Assembly: GCA_003134555.1 (NCBI GenBank)
Contig: PLBO01000116.1
Span: 29,950 to 93,949 of the forward strand
Direction: 5' to 3'
Length of the DNA stretch: 64,000 nucleotides
DNA from: Actinomycetota bacterium
Lineage (GTDB): Bacteria > Actinomycetota > Acidimicrobiia > IMCC26256 > PALSA-610
Of the stretch, positions 1 to 9,441 are shown one piece after another (the stretch's first letter is position 1; the number at the start of each line of letters is the position of its first letter). Made by a program: the position numbers and the translations under genes. Below the pieces are notes generated by a model, which worked only from the letters and a program-made list of their open reading frames with translations, searched no databases and was not told where the DNA came from.

Positions 1-845
1 CAGTCGGTGGCGTCGCGAAACGCGCGGTTCGACACCCTTTGCGAAGCGGCGAGGTAGCTCGCTTTCTTCGGCGCAGCCCACCGCGGCGCGCGCCACAACC
101 GCCGTCGGCCGACCGCGGCAGCCAGGGCCGCGCCCTGCTCGGCGCGCGTGAACGGTTCGTCGTCGACGACGTCGTACGTGCCGGCCGGCGCGTCGAGTGC
201 GGCGACCACTGCCGAAGCCGCGTCGTCCGCATCGATCATTGGCGTGTACGTGTCGCCACCACCGACATCCAGCACGAGACCGTGCCGCGCCGCTTGCATC
301 GTGGCGGCCGCCTGGTCGCTGTCCGGCGCGTAGAAGCGCCCGAATCGCAACACGACGCCTCGACCACCCTGCGCGCGGAACCGTGCGACGTTCTCCTCGG
401 CCGCCTCCACCGCACCGCTGAAGACGGACGAGACCGACGGCGTCGAGGCCGCGTCGATCCAGTCGTCGCCGTGGTCGCCGTAGAGAAACGCGAGCGACTC
501 CTGCACGAACACGGTCGCACCCGCGGCGATCGCTCCGTCGACGAGATTGGCCGAGGCTTCGCGACGGATCCGCTCGTTCTCGTCCCACGCGCTCATGCGC
601 GCCATCTGCGCGACCGGCGGGATCTTGGTCGCGACGTTGACCACCGCGTCGTGTCCCGCGACCGCAGTACCCACCGCATCCGCATCGAAGAGGTCGACCC
701 GGACTGGCCGGGCGCCAAGCGCCTCGAGTATCGCGTCCTTCTCCGGAGATCTCGCCACGCCGGTGACCTGGTGGCCCGCGGCCACGAGCCGCGCCACCGC
801 ACGCCGGCCGAGCACGCCCGTCGCTCCCGCCACGAACACTCGCAT
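1..845 (-). CDS. NAD(P)-binding SDR / epimerase-dehydratase family protein; the C-terminus lies beyond the window start
   Basis: Absent from the ORF track because there is no stop inside the window. My reverse translation from the ATG (cat at 843-845) gives MRVFVAGATGVLGRRAVARLVAAGHQVTGVARSPEKDAILEALGARPVRVDLFD..., a GxxGxxG Rossmann N-terminus. The frame stays open to nt 1. Confidence 0.75.
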   Translation of the reverse strand, partial: MRVFVAGATGVLGRRAVARLVAAGHQVTGVARSPEKDAILEALGARPVRVDLFDADAVGTAVAGHDAVVNVATKIPPVAQMARMSAWDENERIRREASANLVDGAIAAGATVFVQESLAFLYGDHGDDWIDAASTPSVSSVFSGAVEAAEENVARFRAQGGRGVVLRFGRFYAPDSDQAAATMQAARHGLVLDVGGGDTYTPMIDADDAASAVVAALDAPAGTYDVVDDEPFTRAEQGAALAAAVGRRRLWRAPRWAAPKKASYLAASQRVSNRAFRDATD

Positions 846-876
846 CACGGTCTCCTCTCGGCGAGCCGTCGTCCGA

Positions 877-903
877 TAATCCGGATACTACATATCCGGA
901 TTA
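877..903. promoter_or_regulatory. Perfect 11-bp inverted repeat with a 5-bp spacer (TAATCCGGATA-CTACA-TATCCGGATTA); operator candidate in a divergent promoter region
   Basis: Read directly from the sequence. It lies between the minus-strand SDR start (845) and the plus-strand ABM gene start (928). It is AT-rich relative to the flanking DNA. Confidence 0.4.
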
Positions 904-927
904 GGTCTGTCGAGGTGCGCGGGCAGA

Positions 928-1326
928 ATGAGAGCGGAGCGCATCGGCGGGAGGGAGCGGAGCGTGAAGTCGACCGATCGTCTCGAGACTGTCGACGGTC
1001 TCGCCCACACGCCGGATCCGCCGTATTGGGCAGTCATCTTCTCGACCCACCGCGACAAGCAGCCGGGCGATCAGTACGAGCAGACCGCGCAACGGATGAC
1101 GACGCTCGCCGCCCAACAGCCGGGATTCCTCGGCGTGGAGACCGCGCACGCCGACGTCGGGATCACGGTTTCCTACTGGACCGACGAGGAGTCGATCTCC
1201 GCTTGGAAGCGCGACGCCGATCATGCGTTCGCGCAATACGAAGGTCGCACCCGTTGGTACGACGCCTACGAGCTACGCGTCGCGCGCGTCGAGCGCGCCT
1301 ACAGCTTCGTCCGCGACCACCCATGA
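928..1326 (+). CDS. Antibiotic-biosynthesis-monooxygenase (ABM) domain protein
   Basis: 132-aa ORF. The segment PPYWAVIFSTHRDKQPGDQYEQTAQRMTTLAAQQPGFLGVETAHADVGITVSYWTDEESISAWKRD fits the ABM ferredoxin-like fold. The stop overlaps the next start (ATGA at 1323-1326). The start is uncertain (ATG 928 or GTG 964). Confidence 0.7.
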   Translation: MRAERIGGRERSVKSTDRLETVDGLAHTPDPPYWAVIFSTHRDKQPGDQYEQTAQRMTTLAAQQPGFLGVETAHADVGITVSYWTDEESISAWKRDADHAFAQYEGRTRWYDAYELRVARVERAYSFVRDHP

Positions 1327-1892
1327 GCATCTCCCTGCCCGAGCGCATCGAGCTCGGCGTCGACACGAACCTCCGGTGGATGACGGTCGACGACGCCGAG
1401 ACGATCGCGCACGCAGTCGGCGAGAGCCTCGACCACCTGAAGCCGTGGATGCCGTGGGCCGACGCACAATCGGCCGACGTCGGATTCCAGCGCGGGCGCC
1501 TCCGCAACCAACCCCAGCAACGCGAACGCGACGAGGAGTGGCAGTACGGCTTGTTCACCGGCGACGACGACGCGTTCATCGGAGCGTTCGGGCTCATGAC
1601 GCGCCGCGGCCCGGGAAAGCTCGAGATCGGGTACTGGCTGCACGTCGACGCGGGCAATCGCGGCCACGCGACGAGAGCCGCACAGGCGTTGACCGAGGCC
1701 GGGCTGCGAATCGAGAGCATCGACCGGATGATCATCGTCTGTGACGAAGCGAACGTGCGCAGCGCCGCGATCCCGAAGCGCCTCGGTTACACGCTCGAAC
1801 GTGTCGAGGAACGCCCGCCCGAGGCGCCGGGCGAGACCGGTCGCACCCAGATCTGGATCGCGGAGCGGATCGCGCCGACGACTACGCCCTGA
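1323..1892 (+). CDS. GNAT family N-acetyltransferase (RimJ/RimL-like)
   Basis: These are the last 189 codons of track ORF 39..1892: [32 protein letters not shown]...[25 protein letters not shown]...[17 protein letters not shown]. The upstream 428 codons of that ORF are an Arg-rich shadow of the minus-strand SDR gene. Confidence 0.8.
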   Translation: MSISLPERIELGVDTNLRWMTVDDAETIAHAVGESLDHLKPWMPWADAQSADVGFQRGRLRNQPQQRERDEEWQYGLFTGDDDAFIGAFGLMTRRGPGKLEIGYWLHVDAGNRGHATRAAQALTEAGLRIESIDRMIIVCDEANVRSAAIPKRLGYTLERVEERPPEAPGETGRTQIWIAERIAPTTTP

Positions 1893-2850
1893 ACGGCACC
1901 GCCTCTTCGATGCGAGCCATCACATCTCCGTCGAGCCGCGCCGCGACGTCGAGGGCGACCATGTTCTCGCGCACCTGTGTCGCGCGGCTCGCGCCGGTGA
2001 TCACCGACGACACGTGCGGGTTCTTCGTGCACCAGGCGAGCGAGAGCTGCGCGAGCGTGCAACCGAGCTCGTCGGCGACGACCTTCAGCTTGCGCACCCT
2101 CTCGTTGGTCTTCGGATCGGTGAGCATCCCGCTCAGCCACTCGTAGCCGGGCAACTTCGCCCGCGAGCCTTCGGGGACACCGTCGAGGTACTTCCCGGTG
2201 AGCACACCCGACGCGAGCGGGCTCCAGATCGTGAGCCCCAGACCGATGTCGTCGTAGAGGCGCGCGTATTCGAACTCGACGCGCATGCGGTGCAGCAGGT
2301 TGTACTGCGGCTGTTCCATCACGGGCTTGTGCAGGTGATGACGCTCCGCGATCTCCCACGCGGCGCGGATCTCGTCGGGCGCCCACTCCGACGTGCCCCA
2401 GTAGAGCGCCTTGCCGCTCGACACGATCTCGCTCATCGCCCACACCGTCTCCTCGATGGGAGTGTTCGGGTCGGCGCGGTGGCAGTACAAGAGGTCGACG
2501 AAGTCGAGGCCGAGCCGCTCGAGCGAACCGTCGATGGCCTGGGTCAGGTACTTGCGGTTCAAGGTGTTCTTCATGTTGGGCTCGTCGTAGACGCCCCAGA
2601 ACAGCTTCGTGGAGATCACGTAGCTGTGTCGGGCCCAACCCAGCTTGCTGATCGCCTGGCCCATGATGCTCTCCGACTTGCCGCCGGCATACGACTCGGC
2701 ATTGTCGAAGAAGTTCACGCCCGCTTGATGCGCGGCGTCGAGACATTCCATCGCGGTGTCGACTCCGAGTTGGTCGCCGAACGACACCCACGATCCGAAG
2801 GACAGGACACTGACTTGAAGGCCGCTGCGGCCGAGGCGTCGATATTCCAT
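1882..2850 (-). CDS. Aldo/keto reductase (Kv-beta-like AKR)
   Basis: Trimmed from track ORF 1882..3303 to the ATG at 2850. The protein starts [25 protein letters not shown]...[14 protein letters not shown]...[21 protein letters not shown]. It is 322 aa, with a typical AKR start and length. Confidence 0.9.
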   Translation of the reverse strand: MEYRRLGRSGLQVSVLSFGSWVSFGDQLGVDTAMECLDAAHQAGVNFFDNAESYAGGKSESIMGQAISKLGWARHSYVISTKLFWGVYDEPNMKNTLNRKYLTQAIDGSLERLGLDFVDLLYCHRADPNTPIEETVWAMSEIVSSGKALYWGTSEWAPDEIRAAWEIAERHHLHKPVMEQPQYNLLHRMRVEFEYARLYDDIGLGLTIWSPLASGVLTGKYLDGVPEGSRAKLPGYEWLSGMLTDPKTNERVRKLKVVADELGCTLAQLSLAWCTKNPHVSSVITGASRATQVRENMVALDVAARLDGDVMARIEEAVPFRA

Positions 2851-2874
2851 GCCTCCGACCGTACCCTGGCCGGC

Positions 2875-4398
2875 GTGCTCCTTACCGTCATCGTGCAAAC
2901 CTCCGAGACGGTATCGGCGACACGTTCGCGCAAGGCGAAGATCGATGCGCTGGCAACACTGTTGAAAAAGTGCGCTCCCGACGAGATCGCAACCGTCGTG
3001 TGCCTGCTCACGGGCGAGCCACGCCAGGGCCGCATCGGTGTCGGCTGGTCCACGCTCGCTCCAGTACGCGATCGCGTAGGTGACGCTCCCGGCGGACCGC
3101 CTGTGACGGTCGCGGAGCTCGACGACGCGCTCGACCGGACCGCGGCGACCACCGGCGCGGGATCGGCCGCGGCGCGCCAGACGATCGTCGGTGATCTGTT
3201 CGCGCGTTCGACTCCGGCCGAGGCCGACTTCGTCGTGCGACTGCTCACCGGCGAACTGCGTCAAGGCGCGCTCGCGGGCCTCATGGCCGACGCGATCGCG
3301 CACGCGGCCGGCGTTCCTGCCGACACGGTCCGTCGCGCCGCGATGTTGGGCGGCGACCTCGCCGATACCGCGCGGCGCGCGCTCGAGGGCGGCGAACCGT
3401 CACTCGCCGAGGTTCACCTCGAGGTGCTGCGACCGGTGCAGCCAATGCTCGCGGCGAGCGCGGCCTCGGTCGCAGAAGCGCTCGGCGCGACCGGGCCCGC
3501 ATCGGTGGAATGGAAGCTCGACGGCGCGCGCATCCAGGTGCACCGAGACGCCAACGACGTGCGCGTCTTCACCCGCAACCTCAACGACGTCACCGACCGT
3601 GTGCCCGAGGTCGTCGAAGTCGCCCGCACTTTTGTGGCGCGCAGCTTCGTGCTCGACGGCGAGACGATCGGACTCGCCGACGACTCGCTCCCCCGCCGGT
3701 TCCAGGACACGATGAGCCGCTTCGGCCGCGACGATGCCACAAGCCATTCCCTGACCCTCACCGCGTTCTTCTTCGACGTGCTGCATCTCGACGGCGACGA
3801 CCTGCTCGACCGTCCGCTCCGTGACCGCGCGGCGATCTTGACCGGCCTCGTGGGCCCGTGGCGGATTCCGGCGGTCGAGACCGACGACGCGGTCGTCGCC
3901 GAGGCGTTCCTCGCCGACGCGCTCGCGACCGGACACGAGGGAGTGATGGTCAAGGCGCTCGACGCGCGCTACGACGCCGGTCGCCGGGGTGCGACGTGGC
4001 GGAAGGTCAAGCCGGTCCGAACCCTCGATCTCGTGGTGCTCGCGGCGGAATGGGGACACGGCCGTCGTCGCGGCCGGCTCTCGAATCTCCACCTCGGCGC
4101 GCGCGACGACGACGCGGGCGAGTTCGTGATGGTCGGCAAGACGTTCAAAGGTCTCACGGACGAGGTGCTGACCTGGCAGACCGCGCGACTTCAGGAACTG
4201 GCAGTGAACCGCGACGATCACGTCGTGCACGTGCGTCCGGAGTTGGTGGTCGAGATCGCGCTCGACGGAGTACAGGCGTCGACGCGTTACCCGGGCGGCG
4301 TCGCGCTGCGGTTCGCGCGGGTTCGCGGATACCGCCCCGACAAGTCGGCGGACGAAGCCGACACCATCGACGCCGTACGCGCGCTGCTTGCGCCCTGA
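2875..4398 (+). CDS. ligB: ATP-dependent DNA ligase, LigB type
   Basis: This is the C-terminal 507 codons of track ORF 1741..4398. The GTG at 2875 gives (M)[29 protein letters not shown]. Adenylation motif I is present ([10 protein letters not shown]), followed by [21 protein letters not shown] and [12 protein letters not shown]. It appears collinear with mycobacterial LigB (about 507 aa) from memory. Confidence 0.9.
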   Translation: MLLTVIVQTSETVSATRSRKAKIDALATLLKKCAPDEIATVVCLLTGEPRQGRIGVGWSTLAPVRDRVGDAPGGPPVTVAELDDALDRTAATTGAGSAAARQTIVGDLFARSTPAEADFVVRLLTGELRQGALAGLMADAIAHAAGVPADTVRRAAMLGGDLADTARRALEGGEPSLAEVHLEVLRPVQPMLAASAASVAEALGATGPASVEWKLDGARIQVHRDANDVRVFTRNLNDVTDRVPEVVEVARTFVARSFVLDGETIGLADDSLPRRFQDTMSRFGRDDATSHSLTLTAFFFDVLHLDGDDLLDRPLRDRAAILTGLVGPWRIPAVETDDAVVAEAFLADALATGHEGVMVKALDARYDAGRRGATWRKVKPVRTLDLVVLAAEWGHGRRRGRLSNLHLGARDDDAGEFVMVGKTFKGLTDEVLTWQTARLQELAVNRDDHVVHVRPELVVEIALDGVQASTRYPGGVALRFARVRGYRPDKSADEADTIDAVRALLAP

Positions 4399-4408
4399 CC
4401 CGACCCCG

Positions 4409-4792
4409 TCAGCCTGCAGCAGCCGCGAGCTGGGTCAGGTACTGGTTCAGGTCGAAGTAGTCGCGCCACTTGGCGATCTTTCCGTCGCGCACTTCGAACG
4501 TGCCCATCACCGGCAGCTCGATGGTGACGTTCGGAAGCACGAATACGTCGGTGCGCTCGGTCAGCACCGTGTCGCCGTCAGCGGCGATATTGAGGAGACG
4601 GAACTCGATGCGTTCGACTCCGGTGGTGAACATCGCGAACGTCGCCTTGATCGCCTCCTTCCCGACCGCGGGATCGACCGGAATGTTGTGGTAGATCGCA
4701 TCGTCGGTGAAGTAGTCGACGATCTCGTCGACACTGGCACCCTCTCCCCACGCGTCGCAGAACCGTCGAATCAAATCGATCACGTCGCTCAT
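4409..4792 (-). CDS. SnoaL-like / limonene-1,2-epoxide hydrolase family (NTF2 fold) protein
   Basis: 127 aa: MSDVIDLIRRFCDAWGEG...YFTDDAIYHNIPVDP...GKIAKWRDYFD. Confidence 0.75.
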   Translation of the reverse strand: MSDVIDLIRRFCDAWGEGASVDEIVDYFTDDAIYHNIPVDPAVGKEAIKATFAMFTTGVERIEFRLLNIAADGDTVLTERTDVFVLPNVTIELPVMGTFEVRDGKIAKWRDYFDLNQYLTQLAAAAG

Positions 4793-4816
4793 GGCGACCG
4801 ACGATAATGACCTGCC

Positions 4817-5683
4817 GTGGGAACGTCACAGTTCAGCCGTGCAACTTCCGTCGAGCCGACCGGCAATGGCGGTTACGCCGCGGACCTCGGCGAGGAGTGG
4901 GACTGCCCGATCGTGCCCCAGGGCGGGATCGTCGTCGCCACGGCTGCACGCGCGATGGAAGCGGCGCTCGGTGAGCCGTCGCAGACACTGCGCAGCCTCA
5001 ACGCCGTGTTCGCGGGCCAGGTGCAGCACGGCCCGATGGAGATCGAGGTCGAGGTCCTGCGACGCGGCCGATCCGTGTCACAACTCCGCGCGTCGTTGCG
5101 AAACCCGGGCGCGTCCGCCGGCTTGGTCGCGCTCTCAGTGTTCGGCGCCGAGCGCGAGGGCTTCACATTTACCGACGCCGCGCCACCCGACGGTGTGCAA
5201 CCGCCGCTCGAATGCCCGTCGTTTCGCGACCCGGCACCCGACGACTGGGAGGAGGACAGGCACCCGTTCAAGTTCTGGGAGCAGGTCGAGGGTCGCCCGA
5301 CGCTCGGGCACGCGCCGTGGGACGACTACGAACCGACCTCCTCGCTGCGCGCGTCGTGGTATCGATTCGACGACCCGCCCCGCGCCGACGACGGCACCTG
5401 GGATCCGCTCGCGCTCGTGACGCTTTGCGACACGATGCCCGGCGCGGTCGGCGAACGCCTGGGCCCCGAGGACCGCCGGCTGCAGTGGCTCCCGCCGAGC
5501 GCCGACCTCACCGTGCACGTTTTGGCCGAAGCGCGCTGCGACTGGGTGCTCGCCGTCAACCGGGCACGGCACGCCGGCGACGGTTACGCGTCGGCCGACA
5601 TGGAGCTCTGGGACGTCGACGGAGCGGCTCCGCGCCTGGTCGCGTACGGCACGCAGACCATGATCTTCAGCTTTCCGAAATAG
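4817..5683 (+). CDS. Acyl-CoA thioesterase, TesB-like double hot-dog family
   Basis: 288 aa with a GTG start. It has the pattern GGYAADLGEEWDCPIVPQGGIVVA...LRSLNAVFAGQV and a C-terminal ADMELWDVDG...VAYGTQTMIF. Confidence 0.65.
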   Translation: MGTSQFSRATSVEPTGNGGYAADLGEEWDCPIVPQGGIVVATAARAMEAALGEPSQTLRSLNAVFAGQVQHGPMEIEVEVLRRGRSVSQLRASLRNPGASAGLVALSVFGAEREGFTFTDAAPPDGVQPPLECPSFRDPAPDDWEEDRHPFKFWEQVEGRPTLGHAPWDDYEPTSSLRASWYRFDDPPRADDGTWDPLALVTLCDTMPGAVGERLGPEDRRLQWLPPSADLTVHVLAEARCDWVLAVNRARHAGDGYASADMELWDVDGAAPRLVAYGTQTMIFSFPK

Positions 5684-5865
5684 GTACTCGGGCGTCCGCG
5701 AATAGCCTCACGGCCCTTGCCACAGAGAGTGAGCCGGGTGTTCACTACCTCTCGGGGAAGGGGCTGTGAGGCGGCCCTCGGCGCGACGGATTGCCAGGCG
5801 CGCCGGGGTCTGCCCGCCCCTCCCCAAGCAGCCGAACGGGCGGCGAGCAACCCTTGCGCTCGCAA

Positions 5866-6393
5866 CTAAATCCCTCGGAGTCCCTCCAAGACGGACGGTT
5901 CGAAGGCGTAGGCGTACATGACCGCGGGCTCGATGCGCGCGTAGGGAGGCGTGCTGCTCGCGTACCAGTCCTCCCAATCGGGATACACCTCGTGCACGTA
6001 CGACAGGAAGTCGCGTTCGCCGGGTGCGCGCACGTCGATCTCGAGCGCGCGACCGTGCACGATCGTCGCGAACGTCTCACCGATGGTGTGGCACGCGCTC
6101 ACTTGTGGGCGGACCCGAAGGTGCCGGAAGCGTGCCGACTCCTGACCGGAGCCGAAATAGAAGTGGCCGCGAAAGAAGAGTCCGTCGACGGGACTGACGC
6201 GCGGCTCGCACGCCGCGGTCACAGTCGCGAGGTCGAGCACGCGCACTCCCCGCAGGACGCGCGCGAGATCGGATGCCGCCACGCGCCGTTCCGGCGTATG
6301 GGTGGTGCGCATGTGCGCGCCGATCCGCGCGTACGACGTGTCGAGCAACCGTTGCAAGGCCGCGAGGTCGGCCGGCGTCTCGTGCACGCCCAC
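5866..6393 (-). CDS. Pyridoxamine 5'-phosphate oxidase (PPOX) family protein
   Basis: 175 aa. It shows the split-barrel pattern LARVLRGVRVLDLATVTAACEPRVSPVDGLFFRGHFYFGS. Confidence 0.6.
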   Translation of the reverse strand: MGVHETPADLAALQRLLDTSYARIGAHMRTTHTPERRVAASDLARVLRGVRVLDLATVTAACEPRVSPVDGLFFRGHFYFGSGQESARFRHLRVRPQVSACHTIGETFATIVHGRALEIDVRAPGERDFLSYVHEVYPDWEDWYASSTPPYARIEPAVMYAYAFEPSVLEGLRGI

Positions 6394-6502
6394 GAGGGTA
6401 CCGATCGTGCGTGTGGCCGCATGGTGCGCTCACTGGAAGTAAATCGGGGTCCGATGACGGCGCGCCGGGCGACAGGTACGATGCATATCCCCAGGTAGGG
6501 AC

Positions 6503-6574
6503 CGGGGAGTGGCGCAGTGGTAGCGCACCAGCTTTGGGAGCTGGCGGTCGGGGGTTCAAATCCCCCCTCCCCGA
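6503..6574 (+). tRNA. tRNA-Pro (anticodon UGG)
   Basis: Folded by hand. Acceptor stem cggggag/ctccccg, D-arm gcgc-agtggta-gcgc, anticodon stem ccagc/gctgg with loop tTTGGGa (anticodon TGG, G37), and T-arm ggggg-ttcaaat-ccccc. No encoded CCA. Confidence 0.9.
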
Positions 6575-6640
6575 CTCGTTGCGGCGTTCGCACTTGGAAG
6601 TGCTGCAAGTGCGCGGGCACTGCAATTTCGGTCAGGCCGG

Positions 6641-6856
6641 ATGATCGACGGCAACAGCATGTAGGTCACCGAAACCAACGGCACCGTCGTCAAGGTTGCC
6701 GTCAACGCGGCGTCGCAACTCACCAAGACCGATACGGCCACGATCAAGGACATCACCCCCGGTGAAACCGTGATCGTCCGAGGCCCGACTGCGACCGACG
6801 GCAGCGTGACCGCAACCGCGGTGACTGCTTCACCCGCTGCCTCCGTCGCGGGCTGA
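6641..6856 (+). pseudogene. Remnant of a small secreted-protein gene (DUF5666-like C-terminal module) with an in-frame amber stop
   Basis: The frame reads MIDGNSM-TAG(6662-6664)-VTETNGTVVKVAVNAASQLTKTDTATIKDITPGETVIVRGPTATDGSVTATAVTASPAASVAG-TGA. No usable start follows the TAG. There is no signal peptide. It lies immediately 3' of tRNA-Pro. Confidence 0.35.
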
Positions 6857-6898
6857 GGCGGAGTTTGGACCGGCCAGGGTCCGCCGGCCCGATGTGTT

Positions 6899-6910
6899 AC
6901 GATATATCGT
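6899..6910. promoter_or_regulatory. Perfect 12-bp palindrome ACGATATATCGT; candidate PadR operator / promoter element
   Basis: Read directly. It sits 63 nt upstream of the PadR GTG start (6973) and is the most AT-rich stretch in this intergenic region. Confidence 0.4.
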
Positions 6911-6972
6911 GATAGGTCAAAACGTATCGACGACCGCCGCCGAGGCGTGTCCGCCGTCGAAGGAGCCACAAC

Positions 6973-7497
6973 GTGAGAGAATTTCGTGAACAAGGCCGGG
7001 GCCACCGCGGTCATCGCCGTGCCGAAGGCTGGGAAGGTCGCCGTCGCGGCGGCCGCATGCAGCGCGGCGACATCCGTACCGCCGTCTTGGCGATCCTGGC
7101 CGAGGAACCCGGCCACGGTTACGACGTGATCCAGCGCCTCGAAGAGAAGACAGAGGGAGCCTGGCGCCCGAGTCCGGGTTCCGTGTATCCGACGCTGCAG
7201 TTGCTCGACGACGAAGGGCTCGTGCGGTCGGTCGAACGCGACGGCAAGCGTGTGTTCGAGATCACCGAACCCGGTCGCCAAGAAGCGATGCAGCGGATCG
7301 AGGCCGCGGGCGGCACTCCGTGGGAGATCGCCCTGCGCAGTGATGGTGGTGTCGGCGATTTCCGTAACGCGGTACGCCAACTCGTCGTCGCGGCGACGCA
7401 GGTCAAACAGTCGGGCAAACAAGAACAGGTCGAGCGCATGCTCGAGATCCTCAAGCGGGCACGCAAGGAGATCTACACCATGCTCGCCGACGACTGA
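6973..7497 (+). CDS. PadR family transcriptional regulator
   Basis: 174 aa. A GAAGGAG Shine-Dalgarno lies 7 nt upstream of the GTG. A Gly/Arg-rich N-terminal tail is followed by MQRGDIRTAVLAILAEEPGHGYDVIQRLEEKTEGAWRPSPGSVYPTLQLLDDEGLV, the PadR winged-helix signature. Confidence 0.9.
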   Translation: MREFREQGRGHRGHRRAEGWEGRRRGGRMQRGDIRTAVLAILAEEPGHGYDVIQRLEEKTEGAWRPSPGSVYPTLQLLDDEGLVRSVERDGKRVFEITEPGRQEAMQRIEAAGGTPWEIALRSDGGVGDFRNAVRQLVVAATQVKQSGKQEQVERMLEILKRARKEIYTMLADD

Positions 7498-7583
7498 TCC
7501 ACCGAGGAGCGTGACGGCTCGGCGTCGAGCTGCGCGCGCGTCGGTGTCGCACGCTCCCTAGCCATCGCGACATACTCGGCCGC

Positions 7584-8474
7584 GTGCGCGTCGGTGTGTT
7601 GATGCTCCCAACCGACCCTTGGCCGCAGGCGGTCGAGCGGGCCCGGCACCTCGAAGCGCTCGGCTACGACCACCTTTGGACGTACGACCACCTCTCGTGG
7701 CGCCGTTATCGCGGACGCCCGTGGTTCGCGGCTATGCCGTGGCTCACCGCAATGGCCGGCGCGACGAACCGGATACGACTCGGCCCGATGGTCGCGTCGC
7801 CGAACCTCCGACACCCCGTCACGCTCGCCCAAGAAGCTGTGACCGTCGATCACGTCTCGGGCGGTCGGTTCATCCTCGGCGTCGGCGCGGGCGGCATCGG
7901 CTTCGACTCCACTGTGTTCGGACGCGAGCCGCTGACCCGCGGCGAGCTCGCCGCGCGGCTCGCCGAGTTCGTCGGGCTGCTCGAGCGTTGTTTCGACGAG
8001 CCATCTGTGTCCCACCAAGGCACCTACTACACAGTGAAAGAAGCCTGCGTTCGACCCGCGTCCATTCAGCGTCCGCGCGTCCCGCTCGCGATCGCGGCCG
8101 GAGGCAAAAAGGGGCTGGCGCTCGTCGCGAAGTTCGCAGACGGGTGGATCACATACGGCGACCCGAGCAACCGCGACCTGACGGCAAAGGGCACCGCGGA
8201 CGTCGTTCGTGCGCAGGCTCGACAGCTGGAGGAAGCGTGCGCCACGATCGGCCGGGACCCGTCGGCCATTCGGCGCATCTACCTCATCGGCAACACCGAG
8301 GAGCGCCCGCTCGCAAGCGCTTCCGCATTCGACGACTTCGTCGGGCGTTACGCGGCCATCGGTTTCACCGACCTCGTGTTCCACCATCCCCGCGTCGACG
8401 ATCCGGTCTGGGACGAGCCCGCGGCGATCGTCGACGAGATCGCGACCGAGGTGCTCCCCCACTGGCGTTCGTGA
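7584..8474 (+). CDS. LLM-class (luciferase-like) F420-dependent oxidoreductase
   Basis: 296 aa: MRVGVLMLPTDPW...LGYDHLWTYDHL...GRFILGVGAGG... Confidence 0.85.
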   Translation: MRVGVLMLPTDPWPQAVERARHLEALGYDHLWTYDHLSWRRYRGRPWFAAMPWLTAMAGATNRIRLGPMVASPNLRHPVTLAQEAVTVDHVSGGRFILGVGAGGIGFDSTVFGREPLTRGELAARLAEFVGLLERCFDEPSVSHQGTYYTVKEACVRPASIQRPRVPLAIAAGGKKGLALVAKFADGWITYGDPSNRDLTAKGTADVVRAQARQLEEACATIGRDPSAIRRIYLIGNTEERPLASASAFDDFVGRYAAIGFTDLVFHHPRVDDPVWDEPAAIVDEIATEVLPHWRS

Positions 8475-8553
8475 CGCGCCGCGTCAGGCTTTGGCCGAAC
8501 CACTGGTGGGTAAGCCTCTTTTTGGCGTGGCCATAGCGCCTGGGAGGGACGTC

Positions 8554-9441
8554 GTGGGCACGGTCGCGGTGGTTGCGCATTCGGGCAAGACGCTCGAGGG
8601 TGGGCTTGGTTCGTTGCGCGAAGAATTGGCGTCGGCCGGCGTCGTCGATCCGTTGTGGTTCGAGGTGCCGAAGTCGAAGATGGCTCCGAAACGCGTGCAG
8701 GAGGCGCTCGACGCCGGGGCCGAGCTCATCTTCGTCTGGGGCGGCGACGGCATGGTGCAGCGCTGCATCGACACAATGGTCGGCTCGGATGCGACGCTCG
8801 CAATCGTCCCCGCAGGTACGGCCAACCTCTTCGCGTCGAATCTCGGAATACCGAAGCACATCGATGAGGCGGTTGCACTCGGAATGAACGGTCCCCGCCG
8901 CAAGCTCGACGTCGGGCTCATCAACGGCGAGCACTTCGCGGTGATGGCAGGCGCGGGACTCGACGCCCTGATGATTCGCGACGCCGACGGGGTACTGAAG
9001 AACCGCCTGGGCCGCGCGGCCTACGTCCTCACCGGCGCGAAGAACATTCGTGCCGCTCTGCGCGTCGAGACGCGCGTGAGCATCGACGGTGACACGTGGT
9101 TCAAGGGAAAGGCGAGCTGCGTGCTCGTCGCGAACGTGGGCAAGGTGATGGGCGACATTGCCGCGTTTCCCGAAGCGCAACCCGACGACGGCCTGCTCGA
9201 GATCGGAGTCGTGACCGCCAAGGGTTTCTGGCAGTGGTCGAGGACATTGGCGAAAACGGCGCGTGGAAAAGCCGAGTCGTCGCCGTTCGTAGAGACCGCC
9301 CGCGGCCGCAAGTTCGACGTACGTTTCGCGGAGCCGATTCCGTACGAGCTCGACGGCGGTGATCGCAAGAAGACACGGCGCTTGCGGGTCAAGGTCCGGC
9401 CCGCGGCAGTGACCGTGTGCGTGCCGTCGGAGACGAGTTGA
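8554..9441 (+). CDS. Diacylglycerol-kinase-catalytic-domain lipid kinase (YegS/BmrU/Rv2252-like)
   Basis: Trimmed from ORF 8209..9441 to the GTG at 8554, which follows a GGGAGGGA Shine-Dalgarno. Motifs present: VVAHSGK, IFVWGGDGMV and AIVPAGTANLFASNLGIP. Confidence 0.85.
   Translation: MGTVAVVAHSGKTLEGGLGSLREELASAGVVDPLWFEVPKSKMAPKRVQEALDAGAELIFVWGGDGMVQRCIDTMVGSDATLAIVPAGTANLFASNLGIPKHIDEAVALGMNGPRRKLDVGLINGEHFAVMAGAGLDALMIRDADGVLKNRLGRAAYVLTGAKNIRAALRVETRVSIDGDTWFKGKASCVLVANVGKVMGDIAAFPEAQPDDGLLEIGVVTAKGFWQWSRTLAKTARGKAESSPFVETARGRKFDVRFAEPIPYELDGGDRKKTRRLRVKVRPAAVTVCVPSETS

Noticed and set aside
39-1322. N-terminal 428 codons of the 617-aa track ORF 39..1892
   Set aside because: The sequence is Arg-rich low-complexity with no fold signature. 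It is the shadow frame of the well-supported minus-strand SDR gene (1-845) and also overlaps the ABM gene. Only the last 189 codons (GNAT) are kept.
1741-2874. N-terminal 378 codons of the 885-aa track ORF 1741..4398
   Set aside because: It is antisense to the strongly supported aldo/keto reductase gene and has Arg/His-rich composition. The ligase homology begins at 2875.
5800-5850. Possible SRP (4.5S) RNA because of an AAGCAGCC string in a C-rich hairpin loop
   Set aside because: The conserved GGAA tetraloop/CCGGAAGG context and the symmetric-loop partner sequence are absent on both strands.
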